A stretch of DNA of 64,000 nt from Candidatus Versatilivorator sp. (lineage in GTDB: Bacteria; Acidobacteriota; Terriglobia; Versatilivoradales; Versatilivoraceae), in assembly GCA_965207735.1 (NCBI GenBank), contig OZ242296.1, positions 4,288,001 to 4,352,000 of the forward strand, in the 5' to 3' direction. Below the pieces are notes generated by a model that saw nothing but the letters and a program-made list of their open reading frames with translations, was not told where the DNA came from and made no database searches. Below, in pieces: positions 1 through 10,286 of the stretch. The stretch's first letter is position 1; each line of letters begins with the position of its first letter. A program made the translations under genes and the position numbers.

Positions 1-1
1 C

Positions 2-1894
2 AGTCCGGCCAAGAACGTTTTCCTGGTCAACACCCGCCTTGCGATCGTCGACATCGGGGGCGGCACCCAGCCGCTCACCAATGAGGACGGGTCCGTCCGG
101 ATCACCTTCAACGGGGAAATTTACGGATTCGCCGCCTTGGCGCGGCAACTGGAAAGTCGGGGGCATCGCCTTCGGACCCGGTGCGACACCGAAGTCATGG
201 TGCACTTGTACGAGGAGTACGGAGAGGCGTTCGTCGAGCACCTGCGTGGCGAATTCGCCTTCGCGCTGTATGACCAGCGACAACACACCCTCTGGCTCGG
301 ACGCGATCGGTTCGGCGTCAAGCCGCTGTACTACGCGGAGTCACCTCGATCCCTGTTGTTCGGGTCGGAGATCAAGGCCATCTTCAGCAATCCGGCCATC
401 AAGAGAGAACTCAACCGCTCGTTCATCTATTCCTATCTCCACGGACTGCTGCCACCCGACGAGACCGCGTTCGCCGGGGTCCGGCAGGTCGAGCCCGGAT
501 GTCTGTTGCGGGTGACGGCGACGGGCGTCAAGTCGCACCGATACTGGCAGCCGCGGTTTGCCGAGAGGCCGGATGCGGCCGATTCGAGAGTGCCTGCCCG
601 AGAGTTCGTCGAGGAGTTCCGCAGGCTGTTCGCCGAAGCGGTCGGACTGCGGTTGCAGGGCGACCAGGAACCGGGGATCTACCTCTCAGGAGGATTGGAC
701 TCGAGGGCGGTAGCCACCCAGGCCGTTCGATTGTCCGGCCGACCCATGAAGGCGTTCACCGTCGCCTTTGACGATCCCGACTTCGACGAGTCTGCGCGCG
801 CCGTCGAGACGGTGCGGCAACACGCGCTCGACCACCACATCGTGACCATTCCGGCGTCCGGGCTCGCATCCCATTTCGTGCGATCCATCTGGCACTGCGA
901 AATGCCGGTGGTGAACGGTCATGGGGCTGCCAAGTTGTTGCTCTCCGGCCTGGCGTCGCAGCAGGTGAAGTCGGTGCTGACGGGGGAGGGCGCCGACGAG
1001 CTCCTGGCCGGTTACGATCTCTTTCGCCACCAGGCCCTGATCGAGCGTGTGCGCCGCGAACCGCGGAATCCCACCCTTCGTGCTCAGATGCGCCAATTCC
1101 TCAGTTCCGTGGATCTGCTTTCGGGCACCGTCAAAACCAGCGACTACGCGGAATACGACCGAGTGGTCGAGCTCTTTGGCGCCTATCCTTACCCCGCTCT
1201 GCGAGCGCTGAAGCTGGGGCGTTGGATTCGCAAACTGCTGTCGCGGGACTATATCCGCAGCATCTGCGATTTCGATCCGCTCGAGCAACTCGCTGCCGGA
1301 TGGAGCTCACGCCCCCTGGCGGGCGAAGACCCCCTGAGCGCCACACAGGACTTCCTGTTCAGAACTCAGCTGCCCGGCTACATCCTGAATTGCCTCGGCG
1401 ACCGCATGGAGATGGCGAACTCCGTCGAGGGCCGCGTGCCGTTTCTCGACCACAAGCTGGCGGAGTTTGCTTTCGGGCTTCCAAGGTCGTTGAAGGTCCG
1501 CGACGGTCAAGGCAAGGTCCTCTTGCGGGAGGCCCTCGGCCAGTCCCATCCCGCCTACCGTGTCGCCAAGCAGGCCTTTTTCTCGCCCGCGGCGACGCTG
1601 GATCTCCAGAACGGAAGGTCGCCGCTGAACCGTTATCTCGACCGGCGGTTGACGGAAGAATGCGGAATCTTCAATCCCGCCAGGTTGAGGACCTTGAAAC
1701 ATGCCCTGCCGTTGCTCGGGAAGGGATCCAACCGCCGGGTGCGATGTGAAGGCCTGCTGACCTTTGCGATTTCGGTTCACGCCCTTCACGAGCTGTTCTG
1801 TACCAACTTCAAAGGCGCCATGCAGCGATTCGAAAGACCCTTGAGCCTTTTGCAAAATTCGGAATCGGGCATGACATTGGGCTGGCAACAGTGA
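2..1894 (+). CDS. asnB: Asparagine synthase (glutamine-hydrolysing) family amidotransferase, 5'-partial
   Basis: Frame is open from base 2 (RLAIVDIGGGTQPLTNEDGSVRITFNGEIY). It also contains RDRFGVKPLYY, LSGGLDS, TGEGADEL and DRMEMANSVEGRVPFLDH. The last 16 aa come from the adjacent IS. Substrate unknown. Confidence 0.85.
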   Translation, partial: SPAKNVFLVNTRLAIVDIGGGTQPLTNEDGSVRITFNGEIYGFAALARQLESRGHRLRTRCDTEVMVHLYEEYGEAFVEHLRGEFAFALYDQRQHTLWLGRDRFGVKPLYYAESPRSLLFGSEIKAIFSNPAIKRELNRSFIYSYLHGLLPPDETAFAGVRQVEPGCLLRVTATGVKSHRYWQPRFAERPDAADSRVPAREFVEEFRRLFAEAVGLRLQGDQEPGIYLSGGLDSRAVATQAVRLSGRPMKAFTVAFDDPDFDESARAVETVRQHALDHHIVTIPASGLASHFVRSIWHCEMPVVNGHGAAKLLLSGLASQQVKSVLTGEGADELLAGYDLFRHQALIERVRREPRNPTLRAQMRQFLSSVDLLSGTVKTSDYAEYDRVVELFGAYPYPALRALKLGRWIRKLLSRDYIRSICDFDPLEQLAAGWSSRPLAGEDPLSATQDFLFRTQLPGYILNCLGDRMEMANSVEGRVPFLDHKLAEFAFGLPRSLKVRDGQGKVLLREALGQSHPAYRVAKQAFFSPAATLDLQNGRSPLNRYLDRRLTEECGIFNPARLRTLKHALPLLGKGSNRRVRCEGLLTFAISVHALHELFCTNFKGAMQRFERPLSLLQNSESGMTLGWQQ

Positions 1895-3329
1895 TGTTCC
1901 GGCGGTGACTACCCAGCTGCAAAGACCCTTTTGAAGGAAAAAGCCCGAATCTGATGGCCGGATGGCCAGCGGTCGCCGGACGCAGGCACAGCTTACCCTC
2001 TCCCGGCCTTGAGGCGGGCGAACCTGCTGTGCGGTTGGGGGTGGCAACCCGGTCTTCAGAGCGTCAGGCGCATCAACTGATCCACCGTCAGGGCCAGAAT
2101 GCCGAACATCAGGTGGCACCTCACCTTGTCGGGGCCGCGAACCCTCACCTGCCTCCCGCCAAACTCCTCCTTGAGCCGTCCGTTGACCCGCTCCACCGTC
2201 GAGCGTTCCCGGTAGCGCCGCGCCTCGGGAGTCACTTGGCCGATACAGCGCCGGGCCAGTGCCTCCCGCTTCCGCTCGGCTTTCAAGGTAGCTCTTCGGC
2301 GGGGGTTGACGTCAATAATCGGCACATGCCCCAGCTTCTCACTGAAGGCCCGGATCTCCGGCGCATCGTAGGCGCTGTCCATCAAGTCGTAGAGACTCTC
2401 GACCCGCCTTGCCGTCAGCGTCGCCAGCGGAATGGCTGCCTGAGAGTCATGCACCGAGGCCGAGGTCAGCAGACAACTGACCGGAATCCCGCCGTCAATG
2501 GCGTCGAGGTGTAGCTTGTAGCCGGTCCAGCTCTCCTGATGCCCCTTGGCGTTGCGCTTGACGCCGATGTCGCAGGCCTTGGGCAACTCCTTCAACATTT
2601 CCTCCAGCGTCATCGACCCCTGCCGCTCCAGCCGGCTCAACCGCTTGGGCCGTCGCTCGCCCTTCGGCGGCCGGCCCCGCCGGCGTTTCCGCTTGGCCTC
2701 CGGCGCAGCCTTGGCCGCTGGCTTTTCCCGTCCCGCAATCGCCGTCGAGTCCCTCGACACATGCCCCGCCAAGTGGCCCTTCAGCGTCTCCTCCAGCAAT
2801 GCCTCGTGCAAACGCCCCGGCAGGTCGCTCTCAGCGAATTCCGCAAAGGCCCGCGAGAAGGTCGACTCGCTCGGTACCTCCCACGCCCTCTCCCAGCCGC
2901 ACAGCCGCCGCAGCCTCCCCTCACTCCTCAGCCGCTCCACCAATCCCCGCGTGGTCGCCACCTCCAGCATCGACTTCGCCAGATAGGCTCGCGCCAGCAC
3001 TGCCCGATCCTCCAGCGGCCGGCCACGCCAGCCCCGACTGTAAGGCAGCAACTCCTCCACCCGCACCAACTCCAATACCTGCACCAGCCGCTGGTAACGC
3101 TCTCCCAGAGGCCCCAAAACTTCCTCCAGCAGGGGAAACAGCTCTCGTTGAAACCGGAACCAGTGTCGTGATAGGGTTTCCCTAAGGGGCAAGTTCCACC
3201 TCCGTTCATCATGTGGTTCAGACACCTTCATGATACAACAGACAGTGGTCTTGCCCCTCCTTCCACCTGCCCTCCTTGATCTTTCCCCACGTGAAAATTC
3301 CCGCTATCTGCGAATTTTGCAAAAGGCTC
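1843..3329 (-). mobile_element. Complete insertion sequence (IS1182/IS5-like), 1487 bp
   Basis: Perfect 19-bp terminal inverted repeats GAGCCTTTTGCAAAATTCG (1843-1861 and 3311-3329), a 4-bp target duplication CCTT (1839-1842 and 3330-3333), and an enclosed transposase. Confidence 0.93.
2056..3231 (-). CDS. DDE transposase (DUF772-like N-terminus plus DDE_Tnp_1)
   Basis: Motifs PSESTFSR, SRDSTAI, GYKLH, LMDSAYD and YRERSTVERVNGRLK; lies between the IRs. Confidence 0.9.
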   Translation of the reverse strand: MKVSEPHDERRWNLPLRETLSRHWFRFQRELFPLLEEVLGPLGERYQRLVQVLELVRVEELLPYSRGWRGRPLEDRAVLARAYLAKSMLEVATTRGLVERLRSEGRLRRLCGWERAWEVPSESTFSRAFAEFAESDLPGRLHEALLEETLKGHLAGHVSRDSTAIAGREKPAAKAAPEAKRKRRRGRPPKGERRPKRLSRLERQGSMTLEEMLKELPKACDIGVKRNAKGHQESWTGYKLHLDAIDGGIPVSCLLTSASVHDSQAAIPLATLTARRVESLYDLMDSAYDAPEIRAFSEKLGHVPIIDVNPRRRATLKAERKREALARRCIGQVTPEARRYRERSTVERVNGRLKEEFGGRQVRVRGPDKVRCHLMFGILALTVDQLMRLTL

Positions 3330-3597
3330 CCTTGTAATCATTTTCAGGTTGAGGCCCCAAAGAAAAACAAGGGGAAATAGGGGACGTTGTTGAATTACTG
3401 GACATACTGGGGATGGCCATTCTGAAATGCCTTGGATTTAGCCGGAAGGGCTTGATACCGTGTAATGTGAGAGTGTGTGCTGCGAACCTGGGCCGTTCAA
3501 CTGGCTTGACCGAGCGTCGGATGCTCGTTTTCTGCCAGCCAAGGTTTGGCCGGAACAAAGTTATTCCAGTAAGTCAACAACGTCCCCTTAACTTCAG

Positions 3598-5073
3598 ATG
3601 AGACATCCACTCCTTCAAACATCCCTGAGCCGCCGGGAACTGCTGAACCGAGTCGGCACGGGAATCGGTTCCCTGGGACTGGCAGCCGTGATGGACCAGG
3701 CCGGCTGGCTGGACTCCGGCCCGCTTCACGCCTCGGAAGCGCGGCTCGGCAACTCCCTGACCCCCAAGGCGCCGCACTTTGCCCCCCGGGCCAAGCGGGT
3801 GATCCACCTGCTGATGAACGGCGGCGTCTCCCACGTGGACACCTTCGACCACAAGCCTCTGCTGGAGAAATACCACGGCCAGCGCCCCGCGGCGGTGGAC
3901 ATCAAGACCCAGCGCAAGACAGAAGGCCTGATGAAGTCGCCCTTCGAGTTCCAGCGCCATGGCCAGTCGGGCCGCTGGGTCAGCGAGCTCTTTCCCCACC
4001 TGGCCCAATGCATCGACGACCTCTGTATCATCCACTCCATGCATACCGACCTTCCCGAGCACGTGGCCGGGCTGTTGATGATGACCACGGGGGCGATTCA
4101 ACCCAACCGGCCCAGCATCGGGGCCTGGTTGGGATACGGTTTGGGCACCGAAAACCAGAACCTGCCCGCCTTTATTTCCATTTGTCACAAGGGCCGCCAC
4201 CGTCCCGGAGAGCCCGCCTGGAACAACAGCTTCCTGCCGGGCATCTACTCGGGAACCTTCGTCGACACCGAGAACCTGGACCCCAGGAAGGTCGTCCCCG
4301 ACCTGCGCAACCCCTACCTGTCCCGAGCCGAACAGAAGCGGCAAGTCGACCTGCTGGCCCGCATGAATCGATTGAACCTGCAGCGGGTGGAGCGGGACCA
4401 GGCCCTGGAGGCCAGAATTCAGTCCTTCGAGCTGGCCTATCGCATGCAGACGGCCGCCCCCGAAGCCTTCGATCTCAGCCGGGAGACTCAAGCCACCCGC
4501 GATCTCTACGGGATCACCGATGAACCCACCTACAGCACCATTGGCGGCCGCCCCTTCGGAGGCTTCGCCGAGGGGTGCCTGCTGGCTCGCCGGCTCTCGG
4601 AACGGGGGGTCCGGGTGGTGCAGTTGGCCTTTGCCCCCGACATCGCCTGGGACGACCATGGCGACATCCAGTGGCATCGGCCCAAGGCCAAGGACTGCGA
4701 CCAGGCCATTGCGGCGCTGCTCAAGGACCTGAAGGCCCGGGGACTGCTGGAGGAGACTTTGGTGCTTTGGGGAGGGGAGTTCGGCCGGACTCCCACCGCC
4801 GATCCCAGCACCAAGAGACCGGGACGGGACCACAACCACTACGGCTTCACCGCTTGGATGGCCGGAGGAGGCGTCAAGGCCGGCATGACCTATGGCGCCA
4901 CCGACGATTTCGGCATGCGGGCCGTCCACGACCGGGTGCATGTCCACGACCTGCACGCCACCATCCTGCACCTGATGGGCCTGGACCACGAACGGCTCAC
5001 CTACCGCTACTCCGGCCGCGACTTCCGCCTCACCGACGTCCACGGCCGGATTCTCCACGAGATCCTCGCCTAG
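3598..5073 (+). CDS. DUF1501 family protein, Tat-exported
   Basis: SRRELL twin-arginine leader; AKRVIHLLMNGGVSHVDTFDHKP, WDDH, ETLVLWGGEFGRTP, GRDHN, HVHDLHATILHLMG. Confidence 0.9.
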   Translation: MRHPLLQTSLSRRELLNRVGTGIGSLGLAAVMDQAGWLDSGPLHASEARLGNSLTPKAPHFAPRAKRVIHLLMNGGVSHVDTFDHKPLLEKYHGQRPAAVDIKTQRKTEGLMKSPFEFQRHGQSGRWVSELFPHLAQCIDDLCIIHSMHTDLPEHVAGLLMMTTGAIQPNRPSIGAWLGYGLGTENQNLPAFISICHKGRHRPGEPAWNNSFLPGIYSGTFVDTENLDPRKVVPDLRNPYLSRAEQKRQVDLLARMNRLNLQRVERDQALEARIQSFELAYRMQTAAPEAFDLSRETQATRDLYGITDEPTYSTIGGRPFGGFAEGCLLARRLSERGVRVVQLAFAPDIAWDDHGDIQWHRPKAKDCDQAIAALLKDLKARGLLEETLVLWGGEFGRTPTADPSTKRPGRDHNHYGFTAWMAGGGVKAGMTYGATDDFGMRAVHDRVHVHDLHATILHLMGLDHERLTYRYSGRDFRLTDVHGRILHEILA

Positions 5074-5127
5074 GCTGGACACAACCTCAATGGGACTCAC
5101 AAGGCTGCACTAAAACGGAGGACGATC

Positions 5128-6123
5128 ATGATGAAACCTGCGATGCTGAATCGAACGAGATACCTTGGGCTGCTCACACTGTTGTTGATTCCCCTGACAG
5201 GCGCCGCCCAGACTCTCATCAGCTATCCGGGTCCCCTGACTTGCGCGGATCAATCCGTCGTCGCCAGGGCTGTCGAGACACCGAAGGATGCTGAAGTCTT
5301 CGTGCAATGCGCCTACGAGTATGTCCAGGAAATGGGCTTTGACGAGGCCCGGCGAGCCTTCCATGAGGACGAAAGGTGGAAGCACGGCCCCATCTATGTC
5401 TTCGTCGCCGAACTCACACCGGTGCCCGGAGCGTCCCGCGCACTCGTTCAGCCGCCCGACCCGTCGAGAGAGGGGACGCCGTGGGGGTTTCTGATGGACG
5501 ACTTCGGCAACGACCTCATGTCGGAATATTATCGTATCGGTTCGAACTTCGGCGGGGGGTGGATCTATTACGCCTTCACCAACCCAGTGACAGGGAGCAT
5601 TGAGCCGAAGGCATCCTATTTCAAGACGATCGACTGGGAAGGGATCCCGGCCGCGATCGGGGCGGGGATCTACCGGCGAGACCTGCCCGGCACCTGCCGG
5701 AGCGAAGAGGTCAATGCCGCCATGCTCGGCTCCGATCCTTCCCGGGAGCGGCTGCAGGAGTTTGTCCGCTGCGCAGCCATGGAGCTGGACTCGAAGGGCT
5801 ATTTCGCCTCGGTCAGCCTGGCCAACGACCCTCGCTGGCGTAGCGGCTCCATCTACCTGTTCGGACTGGATACCTACGGCTACACTTTCTTCAGCGGCTC
5901 CCCGGCAAATCCCTTGATCGGGTCCGAGTTGTCTTCGGTCTACATCGACAGCTTCGGGGGCCGGAATGTTCTGGCGGCTGCCGATGCCTTCGGCGAAACC
6001 TTCCTCTACTACTCCAACCGGAATCCGGCCGCCAATCGGTGGCAACGCAAGGTGACCTTCGTCAAGAGGGTTACCTCCTTCGGAGTCCCGGTGCTCATCG
6101 GCGCCGGCTATTATCTGGACTGA
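5128..6123 (+). CDS. Secreted protein with two tandem single-Cache domains
   Basis: Signal peptide ending AAQ; duplicated motif (RW..G.IY.F ... YY..TNP...K..F.K ... IGAG.Y); no transmembrane or output domain. Confidence 0.75.
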   Translation: MMKPAMLNRTRYLGLLTLLLIPLTGAAQTLISYPGPLTCADQSVVARAVETPKDAEVFVQCAYEYVQEMGFDEARRAFHEDERWKHGPIYVFVAELTPVPGASRALVQPPDPSREGTPWGFLMDDFGNDLMSEYYRIGSNFGGGWIYYAFTNPVTGSIEPKASYFKTIDWEGIPAAIGAGIYRRDLPGTCRSEEVNAAMLGSDPSRERLQEFVRCAAMELDSKGYFASVSLANDPRWRSGSIYLFGLDTYGYTFFSGSPANPLIGSELSSVYIDSFGGRNVLAAADAFGETFLYYSNRNPAANRWQRKVTFVKRVTSFGVPVLIGAGYYLD

Positions 6124-6206
6124 AGCGAGGAGAGACCAGCGCCCACGCTCCCATGGTCGGGCGCACTGCTGCGTCCGGCGGATTGGTCAGCCGCCTGGCC
6201 GGCGGT

Positions 6207-7547
6207 TTAAACCAGCTCGGAAATGGGTTTGCCGGTGAGGTCGTCGAAGGAATTGGCGATCTTGATGGGACGTCCGACGGGGGTCATGTACTCCTTGTGC
6301 CAGTCGATCCCCATGGCCTTGTAGACGGTGGCGAACAGGTCCCCGATGCTGATGGGGCGCTCCACGATCACGGCTCCCTGCTCGTCGCTCTGTCCCACCA
6401 CCTGACCCGTCTGCAGGCCTCCGCCGCCCAGGACCAACGACCAGCACCCTGGCCAGTGATCCCGGCCCAGAGCGGGATTGATGTGGGGGGTTCGACCGAA
6501 CTCGCCCATGGCCACTACCAGAGTGGACTCGTAAAGCCCGCGCCGGCTGAGGTCGTCCAGAAGCGCCGAGAGCGCCCGGTCCAGGGGTGGGGTCAGGCGG
6601 TCGCGGTGCCCCTTGTCGTTGTCCAGGTGGGTGTCCCAGGAGTTTCCGTGAAAGCCGGCCGCGGTCACGAAGCGGGTCCCGGCCTCCACCAGGCGCCGGG
6701 CCAGCAGCAGGCTCTGGCCCACCGAATCCTGCCCGTAGGCTTCCCGGGTCTTGGTCGATTCCTTGGACAGGTCGAAGGCGGCTCCCACGCTCGGGGTCAG
6801 GATCATGTCCCAGGCCTTCTCCAGGAAGGCATCCATCCGGGAATGCTCCAGGCTCTCCACCCGATGGCGGTAGAGCCGGTCCACGGCCTGAAGAAAGGTC
6901 CGGCGGTTATCCACCACAGCAGGCATGAGCGACTTGGGCAGACTCAGGTTCGGAACCTGGTAGTCATCCTTGGAGGGATCCGGAATGGTCATGGGCGCAT
7001 AGTCCGGACCCAGGAAGGCCGACTTGAAGTAATCCTGGTACTGGGTGCTCTTTTCCCAGCGCGGCGCAATCACGTAGGGGGGCATGTTGTTCTGCGGCCC
7101 CAGCTCCTTGGCCACGATCGACCCCAAAGCCGGGAACTGCATGGCGGGATTGTGCAGGTGTCCGGTGGCGGAGTAGTGCACCGCCTGGGGATGGTCGTTG
7201 CCGAAGGACTTGATGGAGCGGATGACGGCCAGCTTGTCCATCCGCTTGGCCAGCCTCGGAAGAAGCTCCGAAATCTGAATGCCGGCCACATTGGTGGGAA
7301 TGGGGCGAAAGGAGCTGTTGGGCTTGGGATCCCAGGTATCGACCTGGCTGGGACCGCCGCCCAGCCAGACCAGAATGCAGGCCTTGGCCTTGCCCGGGTT
7401 GGGGCGGGCAGGATCGGCCAGAGCCGCCTCCAGCCGCAAAGCCTGGCTCAGGTTTATGCCCAGAAATCCCAGCGACCCGACACCGATAAACTCCCGCCGG
7501 TTCCACTGTTGTTGGGTGGCAGACAGACAGCCGACTTTTTTCAGCAT
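6207..7547 (-). CDS. DUF1501 family protein, Tat-exported
   Basis: NRREFI leader; AKACILVWLGGGPSQVDTWDPKP, WDTH, MGEFGRTP, GRDHWP. Confidence 0.9.
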   Translation of the reverse strand: MLKKVGCLSATQQQWNRREFIGVGSLGFLGINLSQALRLEAALADPARPNPGKAKACILVWLGGGPSQVDTWDPKPNSSFRPIPTNVAGIQISELLPRLAKRMDKLAVIRSIKSFGNDHPQAVHYSATGHLHNPAMQFPALGSIVAKELGPQNNMPPYVIAPRWEKSTQYQDYFKSAFLGPDYAPMTIPDPSKDDYQVPNLSLPKSLMPAVVDNRRTFLQAVDRLYRHRVESLEHSRMDAFLEKAWDMILTPSVGAAFDLSKESTKTREAYGQDSVGQSLLLARRLVEAGTRFVTAAGFHGNSWDTHLDNDKGHRDRLTPPLDRALSALLDDLSRRGLYESTLVVAMGEFGRTPHINPALGRDHWPGCWSLVLGGGGLQTGQVVGQSDEQGAVIVERPISIGDLFATVYKAMGIDWHKEYMTPVGRPIKIANSFDDLTGKPISELV

Positions 7548-7559
7548 GGCATTATGTCA

Positions 7560-7702
7560 TCAGGCTTCAACATGGACGACCGCCCCGCGCTTCGGATCAT
7601 CCAAAGCCTGGAGCACTTTGGGAACCAACGGCTGAAGATATTCTATGTTATTTCCTCTCGTGATGAGTACGATAATTGGAATGTCCTTTTCGGCTATATT
7701 CT
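7560..7702 (-). pseudogene. C-terminal fragment of a DUF5615-like PIN toxin
   Basis: IPIIVLITRGNNIEYLQPLVPKVLQALDDPKRGAVVHVEA resembles the C-terminal half of DUF5615 PIN-like proteins. The segment is AT-richer than its flanks and has no credible start or N-terminal half. Confidence 0.5.
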
Positions 7703-10276
7703 TCAGTGATTTTCCGCAAACTCCCGTGAAGTGATCACCGCCCACTGAAGATCCCGCAGGGCCTGCTCCCGGCTGGGGGTGCTTGCGATCAGACGCTCCA
7801 GCTCCTCGACCTCCGACGGCGTCGGGAACCGTGAGAAGGCCGCCAGAAAAAGCTCTTCGACGATCTCCGCATCCGAAGCTCCCCGCTCAACCAGTTCAAA
7901 GACCCGCGCGCCCTCGGTCCAGAGCTTGTCGTTGTAGGTCGATCCCACCAGCAGGTGCAGGGCCTGGGTCAGGTTGGATTTGCCGTCCCGCTCGGGAACG
8001 GAAAACCGGTTGGGGCGTCCGAAGGTATCCAGAAAGGTAGACTGATAGATATCGGTTTCCTTGAGCTGGACGGCCCGCGTTCCCTCGGGAGCCCCGCCTC
8101 TTCCCTTCTTCTTGTGAAGCCAATTGCCGAACGTCTCGGAAACCCCGGTCAGGTCGCAGATGGCATCCAGCAGGATCTCCGCATCCAGAGGACGGCTCAG
8201 GGCGCGGGAGTAGTTGAGTTGGTCGGCCCGGTTGGTGTGGTTGACGGCGCTCGACAACTGGTATGTCCGGGAACGGACGATCCGGCGGAACAGGTGCCGC
8301 AGGTCGTAGCCGTTGCGGGCGAAGTCCTCGGCCAATCGCCGCAGCAACTCCGGATGGGTGGGCGGGTTGTTGCTGCGGAAGTCGTCCACCGGATCCACGA
8401 TCCCTCGGCCGAAGAAGTAGCTCCAGAACCGGTTGACGGAGGCCTCGGCGAAATAGGGGTGGGATGTTATCCACCTGGCCATCTCGCCCCGCGGGAAGCC
8501 GGACCCGTCGTAAGACACCCGGGTGCCGTTCAGCAGGGTGGGGGCCACCTCCTGGCCGGTGCGGGGGTGCAGGACGCGCAGCTCGGTGGGGCTGGGGACA
8601 TCGGCGGCGACCTCCCGGCCGTCGGGGCTGTCGAAGACCACCGATTCCGGATTGGCGCCGAGCCTGAACATGGATCCGAAAAAGGCCGCCATGCCCCAAA
8701 ACTGATCCTGGGTCCAGCGCTCATAGGGGTGGTCGTGGCACTGGGCGCAATCCAGGCGCCGTCCCATGAAGACCCGAATCTCCTCGCCCATCATGTTTTC
8801 GGGGGGAGGCAGAACCAGGTAGGGAAGATAGTGCCGGGAGGCGGGGCTGTATCCCTGAGCGGCCATCCGCTCCTCGGCCACCCGGTCGTAGGGACGGTTG
8901 CGGGCCACCGCGTCCCGAATCCACTCCCAGTAGGACTGGCTCCACTTGGGATTGATCCCCACCGGAAAGACGGCCACCCGGAACAGATCCGCCAACCGGA
9001 AGGTCCAGTAGTCCACGAACTCGGGGGAGTCGAGCAGCACCTCGATCAACTCCTCTCTCTTCCGGGGATCGGGGTCGTCCAGAAACTCCCGCACGCGGCC
9101 GGCCGGAGGAATGCGTCCGGTGAGATCCAGGCAGACCCGGCGGAGGAACTCGGCGTCGCCGGAGCGCTGGGAGGGAAGGATGTTGAACTTTCTGAGCTTG
9201 GCGAAGACTTCATCGTCGATGAAGTTGGCGCGGGGCAACTCCGGATAGTCCGGAATCCACTCGGCCACAACGCCGATCCTGGATTGCACTTCGTAGCCGG
9301 CGCCGCGGACCAGGATGTTGGACTCACCGGGATTGAGAGCCCGTACCAGGCCCTGTCCGTCCAGATCGGCCACTTCCTGTTGCTTGGATTCGAAGCGCAC
9401 CCGGTGGGTAAAGTCCTCCCGCGTGCCGTCAGACAGAAGCGCCGTCACGATCAACTGCCGGCTCCCTCCCTCCTGCAGCAACCCTTCCCGGGGAAACACC
9501 TCCAGTCCTTCCACCTTGGGCAGGTCCCGCCCGTTTTCCTCACGGTAAGGCACTCCCCGACCGATCCAGTCCAGGATCGCCCGGTAGTCCTCCGTCCCCT
9601 TCTCCAGCCGCAGCCCGCCCCCGTGGGCAACCTCCAGGGACGGCTTCCTCAAAAGCAGGCTGCGTTCGGGCGCTTCAGTGTCGACACGGGGAACGATCGG
9701 CTCTCCGGGCTTGTCGGTCAATACCTGGAAGACGCCGCCCTTGACGATCCAATCGTAGTCCTGACGCGGGTGAGCGGCGTTGATGGAAAGCCTGAAGCCG
9801 CCCTGGCCCTTGACCCCGGCGTGGCAGGCAATGTCGTTGCAGCCCCGCCGGGTGAGGATGGCCCCGATCTCTTTTTCGAAGGTGAACGGAGGCGGGCGGG
9901 CCGAATCGACCACCGCCACGGCGGACTGGGCCTTCAAGGACCCGAAAGTCACCTTCAGATGTGTCTGCCCGTCCCCTGCCGCCAACACCCGACCGGCGGA
10001 ACCGAGTCGGGCCACCACGGGATCGGCCAGGGAGAACTCGGCCCGAGCCGTCACGTCCTCTTGGCGACCCCCGGCGAGGGTGGCCACAACGGAGAACTGC
10101 TGGGAGGCGCCCTTCCACCGCAGGGTGGTCTTTTCGGGCGTTAGGCGCAGGGAGAGGAGATCCGAAGAAGAGGGCTCGGCGATGGCCGTTGACTGGAGCG
10201 CCGGGATCAGCAGGAACCCGGCAGTCAGGAGCGAAATTATCGGGCGCCGGGAAAGGCAGGGGGCATGCGTGCTCAT
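7703..10276 (-). CDS. DUF1549/DUF1553 (PSCyt2/PSD1) protein with Ig-like (Big_2) domains
   Basis: Signal peptide; two Ig-like units (EDVT/EDFT); GCNDIACH; NFIDDEVF; EFLRRVCLDLTGRIP; CAQCHDHP; VNRFWSYFFGRGIVDPVDD; NPPTHPELL. Confidence 0.9.
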   Translation of the reverse strand: MSTHAPCLSRRPIISLLTAGFLLIPALQSTAIAEPSSSDLLSLRLTPEKTTLRWKGASQQFSVVATLAGGRQEDVTARAEFSLADPVVARLGSAGRVLAAGDGQTHLKVTFGSLKAQSAVAVVDSARPPPFTFEKEIGAILTRRGCNDIACHAGVKGQGGFRLSINAAHPRQDYDWIVKGGVFQVLTDKPGEPIVPRVDTEAPERSLLLRKPSLEVAHGGGLRLEKGTEDYRAILDWIGRGVPYREENGRDLPKVEGLEVFPREGLLQEGGSRQLIVTALLSDGTREDFTHRVRFESKQQEVADLDGQGLVRALNPGESNILVRGAGYEVQSRIGVVAEWIPDYPELPRANFIDDEVFAKLRKFNILPSQRSGDAEFLRRVCLDLTGRIPPAGRVREFLDDPDPRKREELIEVLLDSPEFVDYWTFRLADLFRVAVFPVGINPKWSQSYWEWIRDAVARNRPYDRVAEERMAAQGYSPASRHYLPYLVLPPPENMMGEEIRVFMGRRLDCAQCHDHPYERWTQDQFWGMAAFFGSMFRLGANPESVVFDSPDGREVAADVPSPTELRVLHPRTGQEVAPTLLNGTRVSYDGSGFPRGEMARWITSHPYFAEASVNRFWSYFFGRGIVDPVDDFRSNNPPTHPELLRRLAEDFARNGYDLRHLFRRIVRSRTYQLSSAVNHTNRADQLNYSRALSRPLDAEILLDAICDLTGVSETFGNWLHKKKGRGGAPEGTRAVQLKETDIYQSTFLDTFGRPNRFSVPERDGKSNLTQALHLLVGSTYNDKLWTEGARVFELVERGASDAEIVEELFLAAFSRFPTPSEVEELERLIASTPSREQALRDLQWAVITSREFAENH

Positions 10277-10286
10277 CGCATCTCAA

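Noticed and set aside
2-1894. Lasso peptide cyclase
   Set aside because: The glutaminase-domain motifs are those of AsnB-type amidotransferases, and no precursor or B protein is visible; upstream context is outside the window.
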